A DNA stretch of 64,000 bases from an uncultured Collinsella sp. (GCA_902493545.1 CABUQI010000001.1:10802-74801), one strand, 5' to 3'; shown: positions 1 through 9,601, numbered from the stretch's first letter. The notes: generated from the letters alone by a model not told the origin. Made by a program: numbers and translations.

Positions 1-230
1 TCGTGACTGGCGAGGAGGGTATGTGCATGGCCGGCGGCCTGTTCACCCTCTCCATCAATTACGAGGACCTGGGCTACGCCGCGGGCGAGATGGCCGTTAA
101 GATCCTGAAGGGCGAGGCCAAGCCCGAAGACATGCCGATCAAGCACCTCTCGAGCAAGGACCTGGTCGTCGTCAAGAACGACGAAATGGCCGAGGCCCTG
201 GGCATCGACCTTTCCGCTCTGGACGCGTAA
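1..230 (+). CDS. ABC transporter substrate-binding protein, C-terminal part (truncated at window edge)
   Basis: SINYEDLGYAAGEMAVKILKGEAKPEDMPI resembles the C-terminus of COG2984-type binding proteins; precedes permease and ATPase. Confidence 0.8.
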   Translation, partial: VTGEEGMCMAGGLFTLSINYEDLGYAAGEMAVKILKGEAKPEDMPIKHLSSKDLVVVKNDEMAEALGIDLSALDA

Positions 231-433
231 TGCCATACGCGGCATGCGTCTAGAGCCCGTGCTCGCGCTTTAGCCGCGTTATTCAATATCTGAGCCACAG
301 GGGCGGGCGCTGTAGACCGGCGTCCGCCCTGCTTGTTTCAGGTAAAACAAAACGTCTGTCCGCAGCTCTTCTATGCATTGTTACCGCTATTATGGTGAAT
401 CACGTGTCCACCCTATCCTAGGAGGTATGAAGC

Positions 434-1357
434 ATGCTCATTGCATTGCAGGGCGCCGTTTCGCAGGGCGTCCTCTGGGGCATTATGGTGCTTGGCGTGT
501 TTATCACGTTCCGCCTGCTCGACATTCCCGATATGACCTGCGACGGCAGCTTTGCCCTCGGCGGCTGCGTCTGCGCTGTGCTCATCGTCAATAACAACGT
601 CGACCCGCTGCTCGCCGTGCTGGCCGGTATGTGCGCCGGCGCCATCGCGGGCGCCGTCACGGGCATTTTGACCACCGTCTTTGAGATTCCTGCGATCCTC
701 GCCGGAATCCTCACCCAGATCAGCCTGTGGTCCATCAACCTGCGCATCATGGGCAAGTCCAATACGCCCATTCTTGCCAAGGGCACCGTGTTCTCCGCCG
801 TCAGCAATATGACCGGTCTGCCGCAGTCCACCGTTGCCATCATCTTGGGCATCCTGCTCGCCGTGGCTATCGTTGCCATCCTGTATTGGTTCTTTGGCAC
901 CGAGATCGGCTCGGCGCTGCGAGCCACCGGCAACAACGAGTACATGATCCGCGCTCTGGGCGTCAACACCAACTCCACCAAGATGATCGCCCTCGTGCTC
1001 TCCAACGCCCTCATCGGCCTTTCGGGCGCGCTCATCTGCCAGAGCCAAAAGTATGCCGACATTGGTATGGGCACCGGTGCCATCGTTATCGGTCTTGCCG
1101 CCATTGTTATCGGCGAGGTGCTCGGCCGTCTGCTGCCCGGCGGCCTCACGCAGTTTAGCGTCCGTCTTGCCTCCGCCGTCTTTGGCTCCGTGGTGTACTT
1201 CCTTATCCGCGCCATCGTGCTGCAGTTGGGCATGGACGCCAACGACATGAAGCTGCTCTCCGCCGTGATTGTCGCTGTGGCCCTGTGCGTGCCCGTGGTT
1301 TGGGAGCGCTATAAGCTCCGCAGCTCCTACACGAAGGGGGATGAGGCAGATGCTTAA
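434..1357 (+). CDS. ABC transporter permease (putative aromatic amino acid uptake, COG4120-like)
   Basis: Hydrophobic 307 aa; RLLDIPDMTCDGSFALGG and LRATGNN motifs; GGAGG RBS. Confidence 0.85.
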   Translation: MLIALQGAVSQGVLWGIMVLGVFITFRLLDIPDMTCDGSFALGGCVCAVLIVNNNVDPLLAVLAGMCAGAIAGAVTGILTTVFEIPAILAGILTQISLWSINLRIMGKSNTPILAKGTVFSAVSNMTGLPQSTVAIILGILLAVAIVAILYWFFGTEIGSALRATGNNEYMIRALGVNTNSTKMIALVLSNALIGLSGALICQSQKYADIGMGTGAIVIGLAAIVIGEVLGRLLPGGLTQFSVRLASAVFGSVVYFLIRAIVLQLGMDANDMKLLSAVIVAVALCVPVVWERYKLRSSYTKGDEADA

Positions 1358-2144
1358 GCTCTCGCACGTCAAGAAGACCTTTAACAAGGGCACCGTCACC
1401 GAGAAGCGCGCGCTCACCGGCGTCGACCTCACCCTGAATGACGGCGACTTTGTAACCGTGATCGGCGGCAACGGCGCCGGCAAGTCCACGCTGCTCAACA
1501 TGATCGCCGGCGTGTACCCGCTCGATTCGGGCGTTATTGAGCTCGACGGCACCGACATCTCGCGCCTGAGCGAGTCGCAGCGCGCCAAGTACCTGGGCCG
1601 CGTGTTTCAGGACCCCATGCGCGGTACCGCTGCCGACATGCAGATCGCCGAGAACCTGGCCCTCGCCAAGCGTCGCGGCCAGCGTCGCGGCCTTTCGTGG
1701 GGCGTCACCAAGGCCGAGAAAGATGAGTACGTCGAGCTGCTCAAGCGCCTGGACCTTGGTCTGGACACGCGTCTCAACGCCAAGGTCGGCCTGCTCTCGG
1801 GTGGCCAGCGCCAGGCACTCACCCTGCTGATGGCCACGCTCACCAGGCCGCGCCTGCTGCTGCTCGACGAGCACACCGCGGCCCTCGACCCCAAGACGGC
1901 CTCTAAGGTGCTTAACCTGACCGAGGAGATCGTCGACGAGAACCACCTGACCACGCTCATGGTCACGCATAACATGAATGACGCCATCCGTCTGGGCAAC
2001 CGTCTGATCATGATGCACGAAGGCCACGTGATCTACGACGTGGCGGGCGATGAGAAGAAGTCGCTCACCGTAGCCGACCTGCTGCAGAAGTTCGAGGAGG
2101 TCTCGGGCGGCGAGCTCGCCAACGACCGCATGCTGCTGAGCTAA
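1350..2144 (+). CDS. ABC transporter ATP-binding protein
   Basis: Walker A GGNGAGKST, LSGGQ signature, LLLLDEH; start placed at ATG 1350 overlapping the permease end. Confidence 0.9.
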   Translation: MLKLSHVKKTFNKGTVTEKRALTGVDLTLNDGDFVTVIGGNGAGKSTLLNMIAGVYPLDSGVIELDGTDISRLSESQRAKYLGRVFQDPMRGTAADMQIAENLALAKRRGQRRGLSWGVTKAEKDEYVELLKRLDLGLDTRLNAKVGLLSGGQRQALTLLMATLTRPRLLLLDEHTAALDPKTASKVLNLTEEIVDENHLTTLMVTHNMNDAIRLGNRLIMMHEGHVIYDVAGDEKKSLTVADLLQKFEEVSGGELANDRMLLS

Positions 2145-2238
2145 AACCTGCCAAAAAGGGACAGGTTTATTTTGGCAGGTTTTATCTGCGCAAACGTCAA
2201 AACCGCCGCTAAGGGACAGACGCCCTTGCGGCGGTTTT
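2143..2238. repeat. Two adjacent REP-like hairpins with GGGACAG loop (2143-2183 and 2199-2238)
   Basis: aaaacctgccaaaa/ttttggcaggtttt and aaaaccgccgc/gcggcggtttt stems; first hairpin recurs inverted at 40494-40545. Confidence 0.75.
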
Positions 2239-2302
2239 CGCATATTATGTCGATAATCCGATATTCAACCAGACATTCTGGCTAAGGACTAAGGAAACTG
2301 CC

Positions 2303-4327
2303 ATGAGAAGACTCCCCCGCCTTGCGTTAGCCGCCGCGTTGTTTGCCGGCGCGCTCGCAGGCATCCCAAGCCTCGCTTTCGCGGGGAACCTGCCCGCCGC
2401 TATTGACGGCTCTGTGACCGTCATGCACACCAACGATATCCACGGCAGCTACAAGTACAGCTACAACGCAAGCAAGGGCACCGGCACTGTGGGCTTTGAC
2501 GGACTGGCGGTTCTCTATAGCGCCCAAAGCAGCGCCCCCGATCTTTTGCTCGATGCGGGCGATACCTTCCACGGGCAGTCCTTTGCCACCATGAGCGAGG
2601 GCAAGAGCATCGCCGAGCTCATGGACACCTTCTACGCCGACGGCTACGACGCGACCACGCCAGGCAACCACGACTGGAGCTACGGCGCGGACAAACTCCG
2701 CACCATGACCGGCTACAGCACCACCGGCACGCCCTTCGCCATGCTCTGCGCGAACGCAAAGTCTACGAGCGGCGTATGGAGCTCGAGCATCACGAAGACG
2801 CTCGATCGCACCTGGGAGGATAGCGAGGATCACTCCACATTCGACTACAAAATCAAGGTCGGCGTCGTGGGTGCCATGGATGAGTCGCTGGAATCCTCGC
2901 TGCGCGCGGACCTGGTCGCGGGTACGTCGTTCTCGAGTGCCGCGAACGCCATCAATGCCGAGGCAGAGCAGCTGCGCAAGGAGGGCTGCGATGTTGTTGT
3001 GTGTATCGCGCACACGCTCGACGCCAAGACCTTTGCCACGCGACTCCGTGGCGTCGATGCCCTTATCGCAGGCCACGAGCACATCAACCTTAACGAGAAG
3101 GTGACGGGAGCCGACGGCAAGACAATCCACGTTGTCGAGGCGGGCAGTGCCTTTGCCGAGGTGGGACTGCTTTCCATTCCGTACAAATACGACACAAATG
3201 GCACCGAGACGACCGACGATGACACGGTCACGGTCCCTGCAGACGGCAGCGACGAGAAGCTCTACACCGCCAAGAACGTCAACGACCTTTTGGCAGACCC
3301 CGACAAGGGCTCCGACTACCAAAGCCGCCTTGAAGCCGTCCGCAACAAGATCAAGCCGCTCGACGAGGACTTTGAAAACGAATCGAACAAGGTGCTCGGC
3401 ACATCCACCACCAACTATTTCTACGGCGAGGACGCCGCAGGCACGCATGGTTGGGAAATGGTGCGCACCACCGATTTCCGTCCCAGCAAGGAGGGCGACA
3501 CCACCAAGGCCCAGACCATCGGCCACGTGATTTGCAGCTCCTATCTTGACCTGACGGGCGCGGACCTCGCTATCGAAAACGCTGGCGGCATCCGCGGCGG
3601 CATCGCGGCGGGCAACGTGACCGCCGGCAACGTCATCGCCATCTCGCCCTACGGCAACACCGTGGAGACCTGGACCATGACCGGCGCGGACTTCCTCGCA
3701 GCGCTCGAGCACTCGCTACAAATCAGCGACGATTGCAACGACAGCTACGAGCTTCAGCAGGCTTATGTGGCGGCCGGTCACACCGAGCAGGAGGCACAAG
3801 ACACGTACAAGTGGCGCGACGACTCCGGCAGTGTCCTTTCCTTCGGCGGCATCAACGTGACAATCGATTGGACGCAGCCCGAGGGCAAGCGCATTGTGAG
3901 TGCCACACTCACCAAAGACGGCAGCACGCTCGACCCCGCCAAGACCTATACCGTCGCCACCAACAACTACATCATCACCAACACGACCGACTTCCCCACC
4001 TTCGCAAACGCCACCAAGCACACCGAGTGGGGTACCTGCGAGTCAGCGCTAAGGGCGCTGATCGGGCAGAACAGCTGGGAGAGCAAGATGGCCTCGCTCG
4101 CGGGCACCATCAGCTTTGGCTCCGCTGCCGTGGACCCCACGCCCACACCGGCCCCGACGCCTAAGCCCTCGCCTAAGACGGACACGACGACCACGAAGGT
4201 CATCACCAAGAAGACGACCGGTAAGCTCGCCGCAACGGGAGACCGCACGCTGGCAGTAGTTGGCGCGTGCCTTATCGGCGGCATCATCGTCATCATTCTC
4301 GGCATTATCTGGAAGCGTCGACGCTAA
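2303..4327 (+). CDS. Cell-wall-anchored bifunctional metallophosphatase/5'-nucleotidase
   Basis: Signal peptide; NDIHG, DAGD, GNHD, GHEH motifs; NAGGIR C-terminal domain; Pro/Thr linker, LAATG, hydrophobic helix and KRRR tail. Confidence 0.88.
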   Translation: MRRLPRLALAAALFAGALAGIPSLAFAGNLPAAIDGSVTVMHTNDIHGSYKYSYNASKGTGTVGFDGLAVLYSAQSSAPDLLLDAGDTFHGQSFATMSEGKSIAELMDTFYADGYDATTPGNHDWSYGADKLRTMTGYSTTGTPFAMLCANAKSTSGVWSSSITKTLDRTWEDSEDHSTFDYKIKVGVVGAMDESLESSLRADLVAGTSFSSAANAINAEAEQLRKEGCDVVVCIAHTLDAKTFATRLRGVDALIAGHEHINLNEKVTGADGKTIHVVEAGSAFAEVGLLSIPYKYDTNGTETTDDDTVTVPADGSDEKLYTAKNVNDLLADPDKGSDYQSRLEAVRNKIKPLDEDFENESNKVLGTSTTNYFYGEDAAGTHGWEMVRTTDFRPSKEGDTTKAQTIGHVICSSYLDLTGADLAIENAGGIRGGIAAGNVTAGNVIAISPYGNTVETWTMTGADFLAALEHSLQISDDCNDSYELQQAYVAAGHTEQEAQDTYKWRDDSGSVLSFGGINVTIDWTQPEGKRIVSATLTKDGSTLDPAKTYTVATNNYIITNTTDFPTFANATKHTEWGTCESALRALIGQNSWESKMASLAGTISFGSAAVDPTPTPAPTPKPSPKTDTTTTKVITKKTTGKLAATGDRTLAVVGACLIGGIIVIILGIIWKRRR

Positions 4328-4378
4328 GCTACACCGCCGGGCCTTGCAGCCCCACCGCGTAAACCTTATATCGAGCAC

Positions 4379-4412
4379 AGAAGCCCGTCCGAATTTGATC
4401 GGACGGGCTTCT
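4379..4412 (+). terminator. Intrinsic terminator-like hairpin
   Basis: agaagcccgtccga/tcggacgggcttct inverted repeat after the nucleotidase gene. Confidence 0.6.
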
Positions 4413-4456
4413 TGGTGGGTATCATGGTTGGACGATCATTAGGAGGTTTTCCCTAC

Positions 4457-5224
4457 ATGGAATTGTTTGAGCCGATTCTTCATTTCTTTGAGCAACGGTG
4501 GGTCCACAACATCATCTGGGCCGTCATCTTGGCGATAGGCACCGCCGTCGCCGCCAAGGTCGTATCCAAGACCCTGAACCATCTGCTTAACCGAGACGAT
4601 AACCCGCTACCGGCATCGAGTATCTTCATCAACATCGCGCGCGCCGTCATCTGGATGATCGGCGGCAGCTTTATCCTCGACAACTGTTTTGGCATTAATG
4701 CAAACGCCCTCGTCGCCGCTCTTGGCGTCGGCGGCATCGCCATCTCCCTGGGTTTCCAGGACACGCTCTCAAACCTTATCGGCGGCATGCAAGTGACCTT
4801 TATGGGCATCATCAAGCCCGGCGACAATATCGAGGTCGGCGGCGTATCCGGCGTGGTCCAAGACATCACTTGGCGTCATACAACGATTGAGGATGCCTGT
4901 GGACAGACCATCATTGTGCCCAACTCCAACATCTCCAAGAACACGCTCGTGCATTTGATGCCCTTTGGACGCGTGGCCGTGCCCGTTGCCGTAAAGGACA
5001 CGTCTAAGTGGGCTTCCCTTGACGTGCTGGCAGACGAGCTCACGAGCGCAACCAAAACGGCCGTCTCGCCCATCTCGGGCTTTGACAAAGAGCCCTACGT
5101 GCTCTTTAGCGAAATCGGCGACTTTGGCATCAAAGGAAAGATCATCTTTATCGTCAGCGACGACAGCACCACTTTCACCGCTGCCGACGCCTGCATCCGC
5201 GCCATCGCCCCCATCATCGCCTAA
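4457..5224 (+). CDS. MscS family mechanosensitive channel
   Basis: GGIAISLGFQDTLSNLIGG and GDNIEVGGVSGVV motifs; AGGAGG RBS before ATG 4457. Confidence 0.9.
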   Translation: MELFEPILHFFEQRWVHNIIWAVILAIGTAVAAKVVSKTLNHLLNRDDNPLPASSIFINIARAVIWMIGGSFILDNCFGINANALVAALGVGGIAISLGFQDTLSNLIGGMQVTFMGIIKPGDNIEVGGVSGVVQDITWRHTTIEDACGQTIIVPNSNISKNTLVHLMPFGRVAVPVAVKDTSKWASLDVLADELTSATKTAVSPISGFDKEPYVLFSEIGDFGIKGKIIFIVSDDSTTFTAADACIRAIAPIIA

Positions 5225-5261
5225 ACCACCGCAAAGGGGTCAGGCATCTTTGTAGTGGTTT
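5223..5261. repeat. REP-like hairpin with GGGTCAGG loop
   Basis: aaaccaccgcaaag-gggtcaggcat-ctttgtagtggttt starting in the mscS stop codon; related inverted copy at 8099-8137. Confidence 0.65.
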
Positions 5262-5316
5262 TCATTCGTGGTACCATGGTTCATATAGTTGTTTAAACGA
5301 CTAAGGGAGCAACATT

Positions 5317-7233
5317 ATGGAAGAGGCCTATCGTCAAGCACGCAAGCGCGGCGAGCAAGGACGTCGACGCGCCATTAGCCAAAGCGAGCATCCATACCTT
5401 ACGGACCTCGATAGCTTGGTTGCTCAGCTCCCCTTAGGTCAGCGAGAGAATGTCGGCCTGCGGGATATTCCGCTCGAAATGGTCGTCGGCACGGTCACCA
5501 AGGGCCGTCAGTCCGCCTTTTCGTGTAACTTTATGCCCCTGCTTCCGTTTAGCACCGAGTTCGCCCGCAAGTGGTCCAACCTCTACGACATCCAGGTGAC
5601 CGAGGGCTATCGCGACCCCGTCATCGTCACCGAGTTCATGCATCGGTTCTATGTCCAAGAAGGCAACAAACGCGTCAGTGTCCTCAAATTCCTAGACGCC
5701 CCGACGGTTTCGGCCAAGGTCACCCGTCTCTACCCCGGCACATGGGATTCCGTCGAAAGCCGCCTGTACGGCGAGTTCTGCGCGTTTTGGCGCGTCTGCC
5801 CCCTATACGAGATCGAGTTCTCGCGTGAGGGAAGCTACGAAACGCTCGCGAAGATGCTCGGTCAGAACCTTATCGAAAAATGGCCGCAGAAAAAGGTCGA
5901 CTACCTGCGCCACACTTTCCTGCTCTTTAAGCGTGCCTACCTTCGCGCAGGCGGCGATCACCTGGACATTACGCCCGCCGACGCCATGCTCGTCTACCTC
6001 AATGTGTACAACCAGGACCGCCTGCTGGATACGCCAACGGATATCGTCGTAAACCGCCTGTGCAAGATCTGGCGCGAGCTGGTCATTGCCGGCAAAAATG
6101 ACGAGGACAAGGTCGATCTTGTCGAAGCACCGAGCGTCGACGAGGAGGAGACGCCCGCCAAGTCCACCTCTGGCGTGCTCAACTTCTTTATGGGCAAGAC
6201 CGTCTACTCGATGGCCAACCCCCTGCGCATCGCCTTTATCCATGAGTTCCCCTGTGCGACGTCGAGCTGGGACGGCCTGCACGACCAAGGGCGTCAGTAT
6301 CTCGATGAGCACTTTGGCGGTATCGTGCGCACCGAGGCGTTCGAGGACTGTCACGATCCGGATGTGTTCTACGCCGCCGTGGAAACGGCTGTCAAACATG
6401 GAGCAAACGTCATCTTCTCGACCTCGCACCGCCTGATGGAATACACGCTCAGGGCTGCCGTTGAGTATCCCCGGGTTCGGTTCCTCAACTGCTCTATCGG
6501 CCTTCCCCATCAAAGCGTCCGTTCGTACTTTGGCAAGATGTACGAGGCCAAGTTTCTGCTGGGCGCCCTTGCGGCCAGCATGGCGGACAACCACCGCATC
6601 GGTTACCACGCGTCGGTCTTCGCCTCGGGCGCACTCAGCGAGATCAACGCCTTTGCGATTGGCGCCTCGCTGCTCGACCCGCGCGCGCAGGTCATCCTCA
6701 CCTGGGGCGATGTTCCCGCCGGTGGTCTTGCCGAAGCCATGTGCCGCGAAGGCGTAAGCGTCATGACCGGCGCTGACATGTCAAAGTCGCTCGAAGACCC
6801 AACGGCCTACGGGCTTCACCGCTTGGTCGACGGCAAAGTCACCGGCATCGCCATGCCCGTATGGAACTGGGGCCGTTACTACGAGCTCATCGTTCGCAGC
6901 CTTCTTCACGGCACGTGGGACGAGACCAGCGACGACAACCAAGTGCGCGCTGTCAACTACTGGTATGGCATGAGCTCCGGCGTTATCGACATCCGTTACG
7001 CTCCGGGCCTACCCTACCAAACGCGCAAACTCGTGCAGTTGCTCCGCAACGGCATTGTTGTGGGATCCATCAACCCCTTTGGCGGCGAGCTCCACAGCCA
7101 GAACGGCGTGGTACAGATCGAAGGCTTCCCTCCGCTGCCGAGCACGCAGATTGTCGAGATGAATTGGCTGGCGGACAACGTGGTAGGCACCATTCCGCAG
7201 CTCGACGATGAGCCGAAAGTCCCTGCCCTATGA
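5317..7233 (+). CDS. N-terminal ParB/Srx-like domain fused to a BMP (PnrA/Med-like) ligand-binding domain; no signal peptide
   Basis: IPLEMVVGT...F.P...KW and FYVQEGNKRVSV resemble the ParB/Srx core; from about residue 300 IAFIH...WDGLHDQG, YEAKFLLGALAA, INAFAIGA, WNWG are BMP-like. Confidence 0.75.
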   Translation: MEEAYRQARKRGEQGRRRAISQSEHPYLTDLDSLVAQLPLGQRENVGLRDIPLEMVVGTVTKGRQSAFSCNFMPLLPFSTEFARKWSNLYDIQVTEGYRDPVIVTEFMHRFYVQEGNKRVSVLKFLDAPTVSAKVTRLYPGTWDSVESRLYGEFCAFWRVCPLYEIEFSREGSYETLAKMLGQNLIEKWPQKKVDYLRHTFLLFKRAYLRAGGDHLDITPADAMLVYLNVYNQDRLLDTPTDIVVNRLCKIWRELVIAGKNDEDKVDLVEAPSVDEEETPAKSTSGVLNFFMGKTVYSMANPLRIAFIHEFPCATSSWDGLHDQGRQYLDEHFGGIVRTEAFEDCHDPDVFYAAVETAVKHGANVIFSTSHRLMEYTLRAAVEYPRVRFLNCSIGLPHQSVRSYFGKMYEAKFLLGALAASMADNHRIGYHASVFASGALSEINAFAIGASLLDPRAQVILTWGDVPAGGLAEAMCREGVSVMTGADMSKSLEDPTAYGLHRLVDGKVTGIAMPVWNWGRYYELIVRSLLHGTWDETSDDNQVRAVNYWYGMSSGVIDIRYAPGLPYQTRKLVQLLRNGIVVGSINPFGGELHSQNGVVQIEGFPPLPSTQIVEMNWLADNVVGTIPQLDDEPKVPAL

Positions 7234-7940
7234 AAATCCTTGCCATAGCCGATACCGAAGAACGATGCCTTTGGGAGTGCTTTCGCAAGGAACGCTTTGA
7301 GGGAGTCGACCTGATTTTGTCCGCCGGCGATCTGGACCCGGACTATCTTGAGTTTTTGGTTACGGTCATCAACAAACCGCTCATCTACGTGCGCGGCAAC
7401 CACGATGACCGCTACGCACGTCATGCACCGGGCGGATGTATCTGCGTAGAAGACAGCGTGTACACGTACCGGGGGATTCGCATTGCGGGCCTTGGCGGGT
7501 CCATGCGTTATCGCGACGGCGCCAACATGTACACCGAACGCGAGATGTCCAAGCGCATGCGTAAGCTGTCGCGTAAGGTTAGGATGGTCGGCGGGTGCGA
7601 CATTCTGCTTACCCATGCACCCGCCGCCGGTGTGGGTGATTTGGACGATCTGCCGCATCGAGGATTCGAATGCTTTAACACAGCACTCGAATCCTGGAAT
7701 CCCGACTACATGGTGCACGGGCATGTGCACCAAAGCTACGGTTGCGATTTTCAGCGCGAGCGTCAGCATGTGTGTGGAACGACGATCATCAACGCCTGCG
7801 GCTATACACAGTTTGAGCTCGACCAGAAGCGCTACCCCATCCGTGGCTGGCAGGCAGCCTGGCTCAATTCGCAAACCATGCGCCGCGAGCTCAAACGCCA
7901 CGATGCCATCGAGTCCTCAACAGCCAGAACCCCCTGGTAA
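7230..7940 (+). CDS. Calcineurin-like metallophosphoesterase
   Basis: IAD, SAGD, RGNHD, THAP, HGHVH motifs; ATGA overlap with upstream gene. Confidence 0.9.
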   Translation: MKILAIADTEERCLWECFRKERFEGVDLILSAGDLDPDYLEFLVTVINKPLIYVRGNHDDRYARHAPGGCICVEDSVYTYRGIRIAGLGGSMRYRDGANMYTEREMSKRMRKLSRKVRMVGGCDILLTHAPAAGVGDLDDLPHRGFECFNTALESWNPDYMVHGHVHQSYGCDFQRERQHVCGTTIINACGYTQFELDQKRYPIRGWQAAWLNSQTMRRELKRHDAIESSTARTPW

Positions 7941-8098
7941 CCACCTTTAAGGCTTGACGCTGCGCCGGCCCCAAGCACCCCATCTCGCCCCTCAAGCCGT
8001 CGCTCGCGTACCAAAGTACGCGTCGCTCCTCTTTCGGGGCGACCTGGGGCACTTGGAACCGGCTCGCTGCGATGCCATAACATTGACGCCAAAGTGCC

Positions 8099-8137
8099 AA
8101 AACCACCACAAAGGCGCCTGTCCCCTACAGTGGAATT
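8099..8137. repeat. REP-like hairpin with GGGACAGG loop (minus orientation)
   Basis: Reverse complement resembles the 5223-5261 copy. Confidence 0.55.
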
Positions 8138-8151
8138 GGAGGCGCGATAGC

Positions 8152-8190
8152 AAGAAACCCGGTCCTGCACGAGGCAGAACCGGGTTTCTT
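8152..8190. terminator. Probable bidirectional terminator between convergent genes
   Basis: aagaaacccggt/accgggtttctt inverted repeat. Confidence 0.7.
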
Positions 8191-8226
8191 TAGCAATGCT
8201 TGCTTTGCTCAGGCAGTAACTGTTAG

Positions 8227-8934
8227 TTACTCAGCCAGGAAGTCGCGCTGGACAGCGGGATCGACCTTGACGCCAGGGCCCATGGTGGAAGACACGGAGA
8301 TGGACTTGACGTACTTGCCCTTAGCGGAAGAGGGCTTGACGCGCAGGATCTCGGTGTACAGGGCAGCGTAGTTCTCGACGAGCTGCTGCTCAGAGAAGGA
8401 CTTCTTGCCCAGGGGCACGTGGCAGATGCCGTAACGGTCGGCGCGGTACTCAACACGGCCGGCCTTGAGCTCGGAGACCATCTTGGCGACGTCCATGGTC
8501 ACGGTGCCGAGCTTGGGGTTCGGCATAAGGCCACGGGGACCAAGAATCTTACCGATGCGGCCAACCTTGGCCATCATGTTCGGCGTAGCGATAGCGGCGT
8601 CGAAGTTGATCTCGCCCTTCTGGATCTGGGCGACGAGCTCGTCGGAACCGATGATGTCGGCGCCGGCAGCCTCGGCCTCGCGGGCCTTCTCGCCCTCGGC
8701 GAAGACGGCAACACGAACGGTCTTGCCGGTGCCGTGGGGCAGGGAGATGGAACCACGGATGTTCTGGTCAGCCTTACGAGTATCGATGCCCAGACGGAAG
8801 TGGGCCTCGACGGTCTCGTCGAACTTGGCGGTGTCGAGCTCCTTGATGAGCTTGGCAGCCTGAAGGGGGGTGTAGAGCGTGGCGCGGTCGATCTTCTCGG
8901 CAGCGGCGTTATAGCTCTTACCATGCTTAGCCAT
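8227..8934 (-). CDS. rplA: 50S ribosomal protein L1
   Basis: [24 protein letters not shown] motifs. Confidence 0.98.
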   Translation of the reverse strand: MAKHGKSYNAAAEKIDRATLYTPLQAAKLIKELDTAKFDETVEAHFRLGIDTRKADQNIRGSISLPHGTGKTVRVAVFAEGEKAREAEAAGADIIGSDELVAQIQKGEINFDAAIATPNMMAKVGRIGKILGPRGLMPNPKLGTVTMDVAKMVSELKAGRVEYRADRYGICHVPLGKKSFSEQQLVENYAALYTEILRVKPSSAKGKYVKSISVSSTMGPGVKVDPAVQRDFLAE

Positions 8935-8948
8935 GTGCATTACCTCCT

Positions 8949-8976
8949 GTGGTTAAACGGGCTTATGCCCTCCCAC
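8949..8976 (-). promoter_or_regulatory. Putative L1-binding autoregulatory leader
   Basis: GTGGGAGGGC-loop-GCCCGTTTAACCAC stem with internal loop just upstream of the rplA RBS, like actinobacterial rplA leaders. Confidence 0.65.
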
Positions 8977-9051
8977 ATCGTATCGTGTGCCCTATTGCAC
9001 ACATATAACGGGCGCCCCGGTCGGAGCACCCGTCATTACCTAAAGAAATCG

Positions 9052-9480
9052 CTACTCAGCGATGGTGACGCCCATGGAGCGGGCGGTACCGGCGATGATC
9101 TTCTTGGCGGCGTCAATGTCGTTGGCATTGAGGTCCGGCATCTTGATCTCGGCGATCTTGGTGAGCTGCTCCTGGGAGAGCTGACCAACCTTGTCGGCCT
9201 GCGGCTTAGCGGAACCAGACTTGAGGTTCAGCTCCTTCTTGATGAGGTGAGCCGCCGGCGGGGTCTTGGTGATGAAGGAGAAGGACTTGTCCTCGTAGAC
9301 AGAGATCTCAACGGGGATGATGTCGCCCTTCTTGTCCTGCGTCTCGGCGTTAAAGGCCTGGCAGAACTGCATGATGTTCACGCCAGCAGCGCCCAGGGCG
9401 GGGCCGACGGGAGGAGCGGGGTTAGCTGCACCAGCAGGAATCTGGAGCTTAATGACGTTGGCAACCTTCTTCTCAGCCAT
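9052..9480 (-). CDS. rplK: 50S ribosomal protein L11
   Basis: [21 protein letters not shown]. Confidence 0.98.
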   Translation of the reverse strand: MAEKKVANVIKLQIPAGAANPAPPVGPALGAAGVNIMQFCQAFNAETQDKKGDIIPVEISVYEDKSFSFITKTPPAAHLIKKELNLKSGSAKPQADKVGQLSQEQLTKIAEIKMPDLNANDIDAAKKIIAGTARSMGVTIAE

Positions 9481-9601
9481 GGTCATTCCTTTCGAATCAC
9501 GGGTGTGAAGTACTTGCTATATCGTAAGCACGCACGTGTTAGAAGCACTCCTGAGATGAGCAGTCACAGAAGAAGCACGCTCGCGCGAACGGACGAAAAA
9601 C

